DNA of 64,000 nucleotides, from assembly GCA_951406725.2 (NCBI GenBank), contig OX597814.1, forward strand, positions 87,420,001 to 87,484,000. Reading direction: 5' to 3'. Positions within the stretch are counted from its first letter, which is position 1, and every line of letters begins with the position of its first letter. The translations under genes were made by a program, and so were the position numbers. The notes beneath the pieces are model-generated. The model was not told where the DNA came from, made no database searches, and saw nothing but the letters and a program-made list of their open reading frames with translations. The DNA is from Octopus vulgaris (taxonomy: Eukaryota). Below are positions 26,761 to 40,495 of this stretch, piece after piece.

Positions 26761-26855
<95 letters not shown>

Positions 26856-27082
26856 GCAGCATTTGTTTTTGGAATTTCCATATTTTCAACGGCTTTATCA
26901 TATATCGTCCAAAACGAAAAGTTTTCCAGCATTTTCTCTTATGATGATATGAAAACTGTTTCATGCCGCTTTGCCTCTCACTTCAACTATACTTACTCTG
27001 CTTAACGAATTTCATTTCTCTCTTTTTCTTTCTTTCAACTCAGTGTGATACACACCACAGGTACGTACGTACGTATTAGCAT

Positions 27083-27168
<86 letters not shown>

Positions 27169-28140
27169 GGCGGCAAACTGGCTGAATCGTTAGCTCGCCG
27201 GGCAAAATGCTTTGCGGTATTTCATCCGTCTTTACGTTCTGAGTTCAAATTCCAAATTTCAGGCCTTGTGTCTATAGTAGAAAGAATTATTTGATGAAAA
27301 CTCACAGTTTATTTTTCTGGGTATGATGAAAAGTGTCAACTACCAACAACCAGCAGACTAAGATGACACTTGTTTACTGATCATGATTTAATTCCAAGCA
27401 ATGATGATTCTTGTAAGTCTTCTGTCTTCACATTTGTACCAATCTTTTTGAGCCCCTTTCATTCCCTGTGCATTCGTTGACTGTATCTTCTGACTGGCAC
27501 GCCATTTGCATCTACTGGAATGATCCGATAGTAACACTCCATAACCATCATGTTTACTTATTTACTCCACTTTTGTCTCGCAGCATGGCTAGCAGATACT
27601 GGATTACAACTAGGCCCACTCTGTTGCACAATGAGACACCTGCCGGGTGCAGCACGTCCACCATTTTTTCCAGTTCGTTCACACCATTATCACACCATTA
27701 TCCAGTCCCGTTCACACCATTGGCTATTTTGCTTGAGATGCATTTTTAGGTTACAACTAACCGGTATTTTTATCGAAACACCATCTCTAACAAGGTTGTC
27801 CACCAAGAACCCTTGCTCCCATGGTTTTGAACTCAGTATTGTCCTTCTCCTAAGCTGATTGCCATCCAAAGCTAACGAGCTCAGCCAAACAGGACCACTA
27901 GTTATATGAAGGAGCCAGACTCCCGCCTTTTTACTCCTTTTTCCTGCTAGTTCGATGTATCATTATTATTATATTTTATCCATACCTGCCAACTCTTAAG
28001 CATTAGCTTACTGTCCGGTGCGAAACCGATTGGTAAGATATTTGTAATAGATTTATCAGACTAAATACTTTCATTAATATACCCAGTCTATTAACAAATA
28101 TACGAGAGTAAATTTTTTTTGACTTGTGGATTCTTAAATC

Positions 28141-28202
<62 letters not shown>

Positions 28203-28527
28203 TGCGTGTGCGTGTGTGTGTTCTGCATATATGTATCTGCATACACCGGAGGAAATAGCAGTTGGTTGGGTAGATTAATGGAATTGTTAGAGCAACGAAC
28301 GAAATATCTTTAGGCATCTGTTCCCACTTTTTGCGTTCTAATTTCAATTTCTCCAGTTTACTCGAATAGAATCAATGATAAGGTTATTGTAAAGCACTGG
28401 CATGGAACCCACTATAAAGAGTGCATATCTAAAGTGAATTAACTTATAAAAACAAATATCGAGTGGGTCCATAAAATTTCTATGGATACGGAAGATGTCG
28501 TAGAGTTTTTATATAAAAGTGCACACG

Positions 28528-28587
<60 letters not shown>

Positions 28588-29449
28588 CGTGCGTGCCTGT
28601 GCGTGCGTGCGTGCCTGTGCGTGTGTGTACGTGTTAACATTTGAAATCTGCTTGGTTGTGCAATACAGAATCGTATGTGCTGACTATTGTTTGTCTTTAA
28701 ATAAATACGCCTCGAGAGAGAGAAAAAAATTCATCATCAAAAAGTAGCAAAACTCTTGTATGTACATATAAGCCATTGTTGTGTCCCTATAGGCTTAGAA
28801 TCACGGATATTAAGAGGATGGATAGCTAGGGAGTGGATTTCAGGGTGGAGTGTGTGTGTATCAGGATGAGAGTTGATTGTGACTCACAAAACAGATGGAA
28901 ATAGGGAAAATAATTCTGATTATCTTTGAGATAAAACAAAACAAAAAATTAGAAAAATGTAGAAAATAATGCTTTCTATTAAAGGAACAAGGCGTGAACT
29001 TTGGAGGGAAGGGGCTAGTTGATTACATCGACCCTAGTATTTCACTGTTACTTAATTTATCGACCCCTGAAAGGATGAAAGGCAAAGTTGACTTCGGTGG
29101 AATTTGAACTCAGAACGTAGCGACAGGCGAAATACTGCTAAACATTTCGTCCAGCGTGCTAATGATTCTGCCAGCTCGCCGCTTTTGCCAGACAGAAAAC
29201 GATAGCAACAGCATCATCACTAATAATAATAGTTGTTTCAAGTTTTTGGCACAAAGCCAGCACCTTTAGAAGAGGGGTAAGTCGATTACTTTTACCCCAG
29301 TGTTCAACAGGTACTCATCTTATGGACCCCGAAAGGACGAAAGTCAACGTCGACCTCGGCAGAATTTGAACCCAGAACGTAGAGACGGACGAAATGCCGC
29401 TAAGCATTATGTCCGGCGTATTAACGATTCTGCCAGGCCTACATAAAAG

Positions 29450-32100
29450 ATGCAAAAGACATTGCTACACAGATTTACAAAAAATGGAGGTAACAAAAAA
29501 TTTTAACAAAAGAAATTTTCCCCACAGGGATGAGACAGGTGCCCGTGGAAACCCCACAAAAAGCCTGGTTTCTCTGACCACAAAGATAATCCCCCTCCCC
29601 ATTTAATCTTCCAGTCTAAAAGCACATGTTCGGACCATGCTCACCACTGTCATCCACCTTTTAAACGAATTTACTGGAAGGCAACACTTCGCTGCTCACA
29701 TCCAGTTTTCTTTCCGAAAGAAACCTGGATGAGTTGATGAGGGCTTTCTCAAAGAAGTGTCTGGCTTCAGCCCTTTCAGTCTGGTCCACCACACAACTTC
29801 TTTCGCTATGGCCTCCATACAGATAAACATTACCTGTCCTTCCTGACTAAAGGCAGGCGGCAGGACAGTCTTCACAATAGACTCAGCTGACAGCCAGATT
29901 TGTCTTACATGTGACAGCAGCTGTTCGACATAAATCCATAAATCAGCAACCCTCAATCACTGGAAAAGTACTGAACAGTTCCGTCGCTCCGCGTGAATCA
30001 ATGTAGTACAGCCAGGCTAAATACTTCTGGAAGTTATCTACAGGCTCTGTACCGATAGTTTTCCGGAACAAACCAGCCAGCCGATTTCCATCGTCACCCA
30101 GAGTTTCCCTAACAGCATCACTCCACTTACCCGATAGAATGCCATGATAGAACTTCCACCGATTTCATTGTCCATATGCCAAAGGGCTGTGAGCATTTGA
30201 TATCACTAAAGGTGCTAAGCGTCCTGTCTTGGTCTCCGCTTAATCCAGAATTGTCAAAGAGACGAATTGGTGAAAAACACGTCTGACAAACATTTACCAA
30301 AATTGTTCTCGTCCAGGAAACATTGGAGATAGTGCAGCCTTACCGCATGTCTGTACATTATTAACCACGGCTTGCCTAATCTTCCATTCAGCAGGTGTTG
30401 ACAACAAATAGAACATCTGACCAGAAGAACGTGTCTGACCAGCAGAACGTGTCTGACCAGCAGAACGCGTCCGCTCCTTTCACAAAAAACGGAAGATCAG
30501 CCGCTCCAGTCTGTTCAGACGTAAAAAGGAGCAAAGCACGATGGACAGGTAATAGATGGCGGACGTGATGTAGGTGTGTTTACATCCTCGGCTTACTTTT
30601 CATGTCTGGCTTCCTCTCATCCCATTTCTGAATGATACTGGCCACCCTGTTCGTCGTCGTGTCCTAGTTCTTGTCCAACTGGAGATCTGGACCAAAACCG
30701 ATCCCAAGCAATTTAACCGTCCATCGACCACCCTACAATGTTAGTAAGCACCAAGGATATTGTTCTCCAGGTGCAGAGCTGCAGACCCACTGACTTTTAC
30801 TGGTTAATATTCGCTAGTGTCCTCACCTCGTATTCCCTTATAGCGGTGTTGATCAACTCGATTTGCTTGGTACAGATTTTCCAATTCCTAGTTCACGCGG
30901 GATGTCTCTCAATGTCTCTAGTTTTCTCAGAAGTGACTCGCTTTGAAGTCAATACATACAGGAAAGGTGCGATTGGACGACCTTGGCTACTGATTGGTGG
31001 CCAATTCCTCTGACTATCAAGAGATGTCGCTGTATATTGCAGAAATCCAGCCCTTGAAAACGGAACCGAAACCGACCACTTTGAAGACAGCTACCGAGTA
31101 CCAATGACCGATCTTATCGAAAGCTTTCGATTTATCTATGTTGATCGAGGCTATGGTGTATTGCATGAGGTGGGAGTTGTTGTGGATAGATCTATTTGGG
31201 ACGGCGCATGTCTGCTACTCACCAATCAGACCATCGACGACAAGCAACAACATCTTTGCTGACACCTTGGCCAAAATTTTGAGCTCTGCACTTATGGGCC
31301 GAAAATTATCTGTGTGATTCCCTTTTTCGGGTCCTTCGGGTCCTAAGAAATCGATGAACGAGTCTGGCATAGTAAAGCTCATTGGACAAACCAACCAAAT
31401 CAAGCGATTTGCCCCTCGTGCAGTCAGATAGGGCTTCCCTTAATTCAGTGGTTGTTATTGTCCGTTTGCAACACTTCTGAGAGTCGCGATATACCGTCGT
31501 GGTAGACGCTGAAGTTCATCTTGCAATCAAGCCCCCACCTCATTCCGAGCAGTCAAGCGAAGTGCCACTGAAAGGCTACATACATCTACCTGGAATAGAG
31601 CATGATGCGTCCCTCATGATTCACCAAAGACTGAAGTGTGATTTGAAACCCTAACCCTAACCATGTACTTCTGCAACTCGGGCCATAGAACAGCTTTCTA
31701 CTTTGGTGTCTTAGAGCACGCGCCTTGGCTCTGACAGCGCAGCCTTCGTGTATGGTATTGAGGAATTGATCAAGGACCCATCACGCTGCAAGCGGATCGG
31801 TTCTGAAACTTCTAAATTTTCTTAGTTCCCCTCTAATCTAGTTTTCTCTATCGCTACATGCTTACTAAACCTTCTCGACTCTATTCTAATCACCATTTTC
31901 GGGGCGAGCTACTATCTTTTGTTGACGATTTCCCCGTCACCGCCCGCTTAGTTGGTTTTCTAATCCAGACTCTGTAAATTTGACGCACCGAGAAAGACTC
32001 ATTCAGCGTTCAGTAAAGAGAGCCCTACCGATGATTTTTTTCTAAATCGACCGTACAGATCATAATTTTGTGGTCTGTGTAGCTGACTACTTTAAATTGT
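29450..32100 (-). pseudogene. Heavily degenerate Tx1-clade LINE
   Basis: Remnants NFRPISAELKILAKV, KAFDKI and DLWIYVEQLLSHVRQIWLSAESIV homologous to the 17-19 kb and 25-26 kb copies; 3x 18-bp tandem at ~30416-30470. Confidence 0.8.
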
Positions 32101-32116
32101 GTACAAGCCATACTTG

Positions 32117-33249
32117 GGGTAGCTTTCCTTTGTTTAGTGGCTATGGTGAAAGAAAATGTGTGGTAGACTTACTCAAAAGGTTTAAGAATTGGTATTTTCC
32201 TCTTTGGCCATGCTCCCTTCAGCTTCTTCAAGGACAATTCAATAAGAAAGGTGAGGGTTGAAAGGGAGCTGTAGCGCGTTTAACGAAAGGTGGATGGTAG
32301 TAGCAAAACGGACAGGCTGACTATATCTACCTTTTCTAAGCATTTCTAAGTAGAAGGAAAAACTAGGAGAGGCACTATTGATGACTTAGCAGTAGTAGAG
32401 CAAACCGGGCTTTTTGTACAGAGTTTCTCCCCGAATTAACCCAGTTGGTTTCCCCCACGTATGGGGTCAATTCTCTTGAAAATATAGTTTTTTGTCGACC
32501 TCAGTTTACTCAATGTAAACACTACATTTTTCATGTTCGTGCTTCATCGTCGTTTTATCTTTATTGTCTTTAATATATACCAGTCAAGAACTGGGCTGAT
32601 TTAATTGATTAACACCATCCCTCAAAACTGCTGGCCTTGTGCCTATGTCAGAAATAATCCTGAATTCGATAAAATGAAGTACTAATCGAAAACTGGGATC
32701 GATATAATATCGATATTATATCGATTCCAGTTTTGGATCAGCCTAGTTCTTGACTGGTATATATTAGCCCAGTTCTTGACTGGTATATATTAAAGACAAT
32801 AAAGATAAAACGACGATGAAGCACGAACATGAAAAATGTAGGGTTTACATTGAGTAAACTGAGGTCGACAAAAAACTATATTTTCAACAAGAGAATTGAC
32901 CCCATACGTGGGGGAAACCAACTGGGTTAATTCGGGGAGAAACTCTGTACAAAAAGCCCGGTTTGCTCTACTACTGCTAAGTCATCAATAGTGCCTCTCC
33001 TAGTTTTTCCTTCTACTTAGAAATGCTTAGAAAAGGTAGATATAGTCAGCCTGTCCGTTTTGCTACTACCATCCACCTTTCGTTAAACGCGCTACAGCTC
33101 CCTTTCAACCCTCACCTTTCTTATTGAATTGTCCTTGAAGAAGCTGAAGGGAGCATGGCCAAAGAGGAAAATACCAATTCTTAAACCTTTTGAGTAAGTC
33201 TACCACACATTTTCTTTCACCATAGCCACTAAACAAAGGAAAGCTACCC
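32117..33249. repeat. Near-perfect long inverted repeat (arms 32117-32597 and 32766-33249)
   Basis: ~480-bp arms are reverse complements; I saw one substitution and one 3-bp indel. Spacer is 168 bp. Confidence 0.95.
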
Positions 33250-34320
33250 GCCCTTCCCTGCTAAAGGAAATTGGTATGTTGATATTCATTATACATTCAG
33301 CTGATAGCCGGATCCATCCTACATGCAACTTCAACTGTTCGACATAAACCCACATGTCAGCATTGCAAGAACATTAAATGATAGCGTGCAGGTATGTTTT
33401 CTCGGACAGGTTAGGCTGTTAACAATTCCATGCTTATGGAGCTTGTTTCAAATAGGTAATGCCCCATTCACACCTGTGCACTCACATCTACCTGCAGTAG
33501 TACTATACCAAGGACATTCAGAAGATATCCATAGTTTTTAACTTGCAAGCTCTTCAGAAGAGACTGCTCAAATAGTTCTCGTCGGCAACCTGAGCCACCT
33601 CAAAGTCTTCTTCGCTGAAAGCCTCCGCTAACCCTCTATAAAATGCGAAGGATGTTTTCCCCACGACAGTAACGTCAAACTGGTACAGTGCGTGTCTAGC
33701 AGCATTCTAGTTGCTAAATGTCTCCATCGATCCGCAATAAATCCATAATTGACCATTTAGGGAAAGGTGTGTAGCACAAAAGGCGCCCACATCTTTTCAC
33801 TTTCATTTTCGTCATCTTCGTTACAGTGAACAAGATATTTCTATGAACCTGGGCATCATCAGCGGCGGTATCCCGACACCATCATGGACTGAATGTTGGC
33901 ATCAGATTGATTTCATGATCAGCTGAACTTTCTCTTGTATATAAGTAGCAGAAAAGCATACCTTCTAGTTTCTCAGATGTTTCTTGAGACTTAATACGAC
34001 AGTCAAACAATAGTGTATTACCAAGGTGGTGCAGTATTAGCGGCTTCTTCCGACTATTCGGAGACTACTTCCTCTCGGCGCATTTCTGGATGATACTGGC
34101 CATTCTCCTCTGCATCTCTTCCCATTTCCTATCCAAATGGAAGTCTGGTCCAAACCAGAACCGTATCACCCAAATCAGGCCCTCAGTCTACCAACAGAAA
34201 TCTTGACGGTGACGTTGCCCGCGTATACAGACACGGCTCTCCTGCGACCCAATTTGAGTGGGATGCCCTTGAAAACTCCATTCTCCATAGCAATGGCTTA
34301 TGAGCCATACGGGGTTGAAG
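33250..34320 (-). pseudogene. Old Tx1-clade LINE remnant
   Basis: DMWVYVEQL, VSVYAGNVTV and WFGPDFHLDRKW remnants similar to the other Tx1 copies. Confidence 0.65.
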
Positions 34321-36024
34321 AAGAGAGGAAGCAGCCTTAATGAGTCGACTGTTCGATGCTAAACGTTTCCAAGAGATGGTGATTAGCTTAATTTGACCAA
34401 CAAAGACAGCTACAACAAAAACAACAAATATGATGATGATGACGGCAACGACAGTGATGATTTCTTTATTAACCACTAAGGGTTTACAAAAGGATCAAAG
34501 ATAGTACAGGACGATACAGTTCAATATAGTGTGGGGTTTCATATTAACGTGTAAACAGTAAAATAGCAGAAACCTATCTTGCCATGAGAAAATATTATCT
34601 TGCGTGGAAACAAATTTGGGGAAGGGAGATAGTCAATCATATAGATTTGGGTAGTACTTGAAATTTATCGACCCCTGAAAGACGAAAGATTAAATTGACA
34701 TCGGTGGAACATAGAACGGAAGGGACGCAACTCCATACCGCTTCAAGGGAGACAACTTGCACTTAAAGGTACACTTGAAAATATTTAAGTCAGATTTTTA
34801 AATTACCTTAAAAATTTTCAATTACTTTTGCATTTATAAAGACATGGCTGTTTATACTTGTCAATGCTGAGCCTTAAAACTCTTGTATGTAACGTTACAT
34901 GGAAATATTTTCTTTATCTTATGTATCTGAGGTAAGCAAGCTTGAATTTTTTTCAATAGCGCAATAAACCAAACACAGCAGACAACCTTAGAAACTATAT
35001 AACAACAAATTCAGCTGAGAATAGTCGATCAAAGTTTTCTAGGACGGTATCGTCTACTCAACAGCAACACGTTCTATTACTCAGATTGGTATATATGTCA
35101 TGAATTAATAGTGCCTCTAGGTAGTTCTGCCTGTTCCTTTTAATTTTTAATGGGTTAAAAAATCGTGAGTTAAGCGTTCTTTCTTTGAGATGAAAGTGGG
35201 TGATCACTGAAAGCGTATGTAAGATTATAAATCAGTACATTATTTTAAATAACTGACCTTTACTTCGCACATCAATTTCATATGCATTAACTGCAAAACG
35301 TATGTGAGCACATACACACTTAGAACTTCAAGAGAGTAGTGCTGTCTGACAGGGCTGTCATCACAGCATCATAGGACTCCAGGCAAACCAATAAACTGGA
35401 TACACTACATTCACAGCAACAGCATACATAGATTAGCACTGGGTTCCCTGGAACTGTGGGAGGCCCTAGTGACAGTATAGTGGCCTGAAGCCTTTAAACA
35501 GTACTGTTTACAGATTAAGTTTCTGAAAATTGTCCCTAATACTCGGCAAGAAGCGTCTTCTTTGTGTAATTACATCAAATACCAAAGTAATATTCAGATT
35601 ATCATCATTCATGCATTAAACAAACCCTGTATAATGCGTGACTGTATTATCCAGTTAGTGCAGTACTGTGGGAGCACTTGGCAATACTCTAATGGCTAAG
35701 CTCCCATCTTCAGTTTATATTTTATTCAATCCAATACTAGAGCTGTTAAAAAAATTAATGGAAAAGCTTCTTAACGAATTAATGTAATACTGACTTTACT
35801 TCAAGCTAAGAATACTATGAAGGTGAATGACAATTCAGTGTCCATAGCTGATGAAACATAGTGATGAAGAAATACATATCCTCTGGCCTGATGATATCAT
35901 TCATAGCCCAGTTGTGTTTTTCTCATATTGTCTATAAGGAGAAATTTTTACCTCAGATAATTTCCTGCAGTGAAAGTCTCTCCACATTTGAATGTACATA
36001 AACATGTTAAATATAACTGTACGA

Positions 36025-36070
<46 letters not shown>

Positions 36071-36073
<3 letters not shown>

Positions 36074-37967
36074 TATGGAGAGAGTCATAGCCCAATTAAT
36101 TAAGGAGAGAGTTAGTCTAGATGAGATGCAGTTTGGTTTTGTACCAGGTAGAAACACCACTGATGCTATATCTCTGGCTTTTGTTGACTTGGAGAAAGCT
36201 TTGACAGAGTCCCCCAATCCCTTATCTGGTGATCAATGTGAAAACTAGGGATAGACAAGTGGTTGGTGAGAGCTGTACAAGCCTTGTACAAGAACACTAC
36301 CAGTAACATAATGGTGGGCAACGAATACAGCAAAGAACTCAGGATACAAGTAGGGGTTCACCAAGGATCGGTGCTCAGCCCCCTCTTGTTCATCATAATC
36401 TTCCAGGCAATAACAGAGGAATTCAAGACAGGCTGCCCATGGGAGCTCCTCTCTGCCGATGATCTTGCTCATATAGCTGAATCACTATCTGAACTAGAGG
36501 AGAAGCTTCAGGGATGGAAGCAAAATCTAGAATCAAAGGGCCTTAGAGTTAACCTAGCAAAAACCAAAGTCATAAGTAGGAAGGCAAAGAAATTACAAAT
36601 CTCTTCCGGTAGATGGCCCTGCTCAATCTGTAGAAAAGGTGTAGGTAGAAACTCCATGAGATGCACCCAGTGTAAGCTTTGGACACATAAAATATGCAGC
36701 AACATCAGAGGAAGATTAACAAGGAAACTATCTTTTGTATGTGGAAGGTACACAAGTACAATAAATGCTGAAAATGCACAGCAAATAGCCACTGTCAACT
36801 GCCAGGGGGGCAAGCTAGAGGTAGCAGATAACTTCCGTTATCTAGATGACCAAGTTGGTAGTGGAGGTGGATGCTTCAAGAGCATAGCTGTAAGAATAAG
36901 ATTAGGCTGGGCAAAGTTCAAAGAGCTCCTATCCCTGCTGACAATAAAGGGCCTCTCTCTCAGAGTGAAAGACAGATTATTTGAAGCCTGTGTGCAAAAA
37001 GCTATGATGCATGGTAGTGAAACATGGGTTATGGCAGCTAAGGACATGTGTAGACTTGAAAGAAATGAAACCAGAATGCTTTGCTGGATATGCAATGTCA
37101 GTGGTGCATGTTCAACAGAGTGTAAGCATCTTGAGAGAAAAGTTAGACATAAGAGGAATCAGATGTGTGCAAGAGAGAGGACTGCCCTGATATGGTCATG
37201 TGATGTGTATGGACGAGGACAGTGGTGTAAAGAAGGGCCAATCTCTAACTGTGGAAGGAATTTGTGGTAGAGGTAGACCCAGGAAGACATGGGACGAGGT
37301 GGTGAAGCACAATCTTCAAACTTTGAGCCTCACAGAGGCAATGACTGGTGACTGAGCTTTGGCGATGTGTTGTGCTTGAGAGGACCCATCAAGCCAAGTG
37401 TACCTGTGCTGGTGGCATGTAAAGAACATCTTTTGAACGTTGGGCCTCACAGAGGCAAAGTGGCTGAGTTCCTTTCAAGCATTGGACCTCACAGAAGCAA
37501 AGTGGCTGAGTCCCTCTCGAGTGTTGGGCCTGACAGAGGCAAAGTAGCTGAGTTCCTCTCAAGCATCTTTCGAGTGTTTGGCCTCATGGAGGAAAGGTGG
37601 CTGAGCTCCTTTCAAGCATTGGGTCTCACAGAGGCAATGACCAAGACCTTTGGCACTGAGTTGTGCTTGAGAAGAAGACCCATCAAGCTGAGCAAAATTG
37701 GAGTTGTGGTAGATACCGGTGTCATGCAAATTGGCACCTGTGCTGGTGTCATGTAAACACACCTTGGTGTCATGCAAATGGTATCCTTGCCAGTGGCATG
37801 TAAAAGCACCCATTACATTCTTGGAGTGGTTTGCATTAGGAAGAGCATCCAGCTGTAGAAAACCATGCCAAATCAGACTGGAGTCTAGTGCAGCCTTCCT
37901 GTGTGCCAACCCAGTGAAACTATCCAACTCACCAGCATGGACAACGGATGTTAAATGATGATGATGA
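36071..37967 (+). mobile_element. RTE-clade LINE, 5'-truncated, with a PHD-like Cys/His finger
   Basis: QFGFVPGR, AFVDLEKA, GVHQGSVLSPLLF, ADDL, WPCSICRKGVGRNSMRCTQCKLWTHKIC, HGSETW; 42-bp tandem array in the 3' UTR; ends in a (GAT)n tail. Confidence 0.9.
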
Positions 37968-37972
37968 TTATA

Positions 37973-38052
<80 letters not shown>

Positions 38053-38054
<2 letters not shown>

Positions 38055-38269
38055 AGGGGGTGCTAAAAAGTTCCTGGCTCTAGGTAAAAGAAAATACAGG
38101 AGGATCAGTTAATTATGATTTTATTCAACATATTTCCCCATCAGATTCACATACTTAGTGCAGCAGTCCTTCAGTTTTAGTAAGCCCCATAAAAAAACTT
38201 GGACACCTGGGCCTCCAACCAGGCCTTTCATGGTACCTTTAAAGCCAGAAACTTTACAACACTCTTTTG
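38053..38269. mobile_element. Mariner-type MITE
   Basis: TA|TGAGGGGGTGCTAAAAAGTTCCTGGCT and degenerate inverse AGCCAGAAACTTTACAACACTCTTTTG|TA. Confidence 0.6.
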
Positions 38270-38273
38270 TATG

Positions 38274-38350
<77 letters not shown>

Positions 38351-38388
38351 ACGTGTGTGATGTGTGTGTGTGTGTGTGCACGTGTGTG

Positions 38389-38457
<69 letters not shown>

Positions 38458-38733
38458 CGCATGTGTGTCTGTATGTGTTCCTGTGTGTGTGCCATTGTGT
38501 TTATGTTTGTCCCCCTGCTATCACTAGACAACTGGTGTAAGTTTGTATTCCCATAACTTTGTGGTTGGTCTGGCATAAGAGAATGAAAGAATAAATACCA
38601 GGCTTAACAATCATAATTAACAAAGTTGATTCATTTGACTAAACTTTTCCGGGTGGTGCCCCAACATGTCCATAATACAATCACCAAAACAAGTAAAAGA
38701 TTACATATGTCTATTTAAATATATATATAGATA

Positions 38734-38918
38734 TATAAATGAATATTCTTGTCAAGCAAGTAAGTACACTGGCTTAGCCACATACTTGGAGATGCCAAAT
38801 GTCTCTAAGCAACCTTAAAAATATTGTGATACTTTTAAGGTAGCTTAAAGACATTTGGCATCTCAAGTATGTGGCTAAGCCAGTGTACTTACTTGCTTGA
38901 TCTGAATATTCATTTATA
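38734..38918. repeat. 185-bp hairpin (about 90-bp arms, very small loop)
   Basis: TCAAGCAAGTAAGTACACTGGCTTAGCCACATACTTG pairs perfectly with CAAGTATGTGGCTAAGCCAGTGTACTTACTTGCTTGA, and pairing continues on both sides. Confidence 0.9.
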
Positions 38919-38968
38919 AATGTATTAATCTTACCTTAACCGGTTTATTACATGCTATATAGATTTTA

Positions 38969-40430
38969 TCATCATTATCATCATCATTTAACGTCCGTTT
39001 TCCATGCTAGCATGGGTTGGATGGTTTGACCAGGGTCTGGGAAGCTAGGAGGCTGCACCAGGCTCAAGTCTGATCTGACAGTGTTTCTACAGCTGGATGC
39101 CCTTCCTAACGCCAACCACTCCGTGAGTGTAGTGGGTGCTTTTTACGTGCCACTGGCACAGAAGCCAGTCAAGGCCCTTTGTCACCAGTAGGGGTAGGAG
39201 CTTTCTAAACTTTGCCCAGACTATTCATATTTTAGTGGTAATGCTCTCTGAGCATCCACCTCCACTACTAACTTGGTCACCTAGTTTCTCCCCCTGGAGT
39301 GTGATGGAATCTATTTTCTGAGTATCTGTAGTGTCTATTGCCCCTGTGCATCTGCCGCACACAAAAGCTATCTTCTCGGTTGATTTTCCTTTGATGTTGC
39401 TGCACCTCTTATGCATTCATAGCTTACAATGGGTACATCTTATGGAGTTTCTACCTACACTTTTTCTACAGATCGAGCAGGGCTACCTACCTGAGGGGAT
39501 GTGTGATGAGTTCGCCTTCCTACTTACTATAACTTTGGTCTTTGCTACATTGACTCTAAGGCCTTTTGATTCTAAACCTAGCTTCCACACCAGAAATTTC
39601 TTTTCTAGTTCCGGTAGTGATTCTGCTATGAGGGCCAGGTCATCAGCATAGAGGAGCTCCCAGGAGCAACCCATCTTGAATTCCTCTGTTATTGCCTGGA
39701 GGACTATGATGAATAAAAGGAGATTGAGGGCTGAACCTTGGTGGGCCCCTACTTCTACCCGGAATTTTTCACTATACTCATTGCCAATCCTAACCTTACT
39801 AATGGCCTCTCTGTATAGGGCCTGTACAGCCCTTATTAACCATTCATCAATCTCCAGTTTCCACATCGCCTACCAGATAAGGGGGGACCCTGTCAAAGGC
39901 TTTCTCCAAGTCCATGAAAGCTAAGTAGAGGGGTTTATCTTTAGCTAGGTATTTCTCCTGCGGTTATTGAACCAGGAATATGGCATCAGTGGTGCTTCAA
40001 CCCGGAACAAAACCGAACTGCATCTCATCTAAGCAGACTCTCTCCCTAATGAGATGGGCTATGATCCTCTCTGTGACCATCACCTGATCCAGCAATTTGA
40101 TACCCCTGTAGTTATTTCTATCTAGAGCATCACCTTTACCCTTGTAACAGTTGACTATGGTGCTACTACACCAGTTATTGGGTATGACTCTGATATGAAC
40201 TACCTGGTTTACAATGCGGGTGATTAGGCCATAGCCCACTCAGCAGTGATTTGTGATGGGCCGGCGGCTTTTCCTGGCTTCATACCCTTAATTGCTTTAT
40301 CTACTAGGGAGCTGTCTATTGGAATAGCTGGTCCCTCTACTGGGTCAACATTTGCTAGGCTCTCCTCCTCCCATTCATTCTCCACATTCAGCAGTCTTTC
40401 ATAATGACTTCTTCAAGCAAGTGCACCATC
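38969..40430 (-). pseudogene. Internally deleted RTE LINE (same family as 36-38 kb)
   Basis: YKGKGDALDRNNYRGIKLL, QFGFVPG, LLYADDL and PHD-like finger remnants; 3' end GGACGTTAAATGATGATG. Confidence 0.88.
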
Positions 40431-40455
40431 ATATATAGATTTTATCCTGAATTTT

Positions 40456-40495
<40 letters not shown>

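Noticed and set aside
26742-26932. N-terminal part of the 524-aa ORF 25358-26932 as a novel fusion protein
   Set aside because: The YLSI repeats are translated (CTAT)n microsatellite that happens to be in frame with the truncated LINE.
37438-37645. Regular repeats resembling a CRISPR array
   Set aside because: Head-to-tail 42-bp units without unique spacers, inside a LINE 3' UTR, in a eukaryote with no cas genes.
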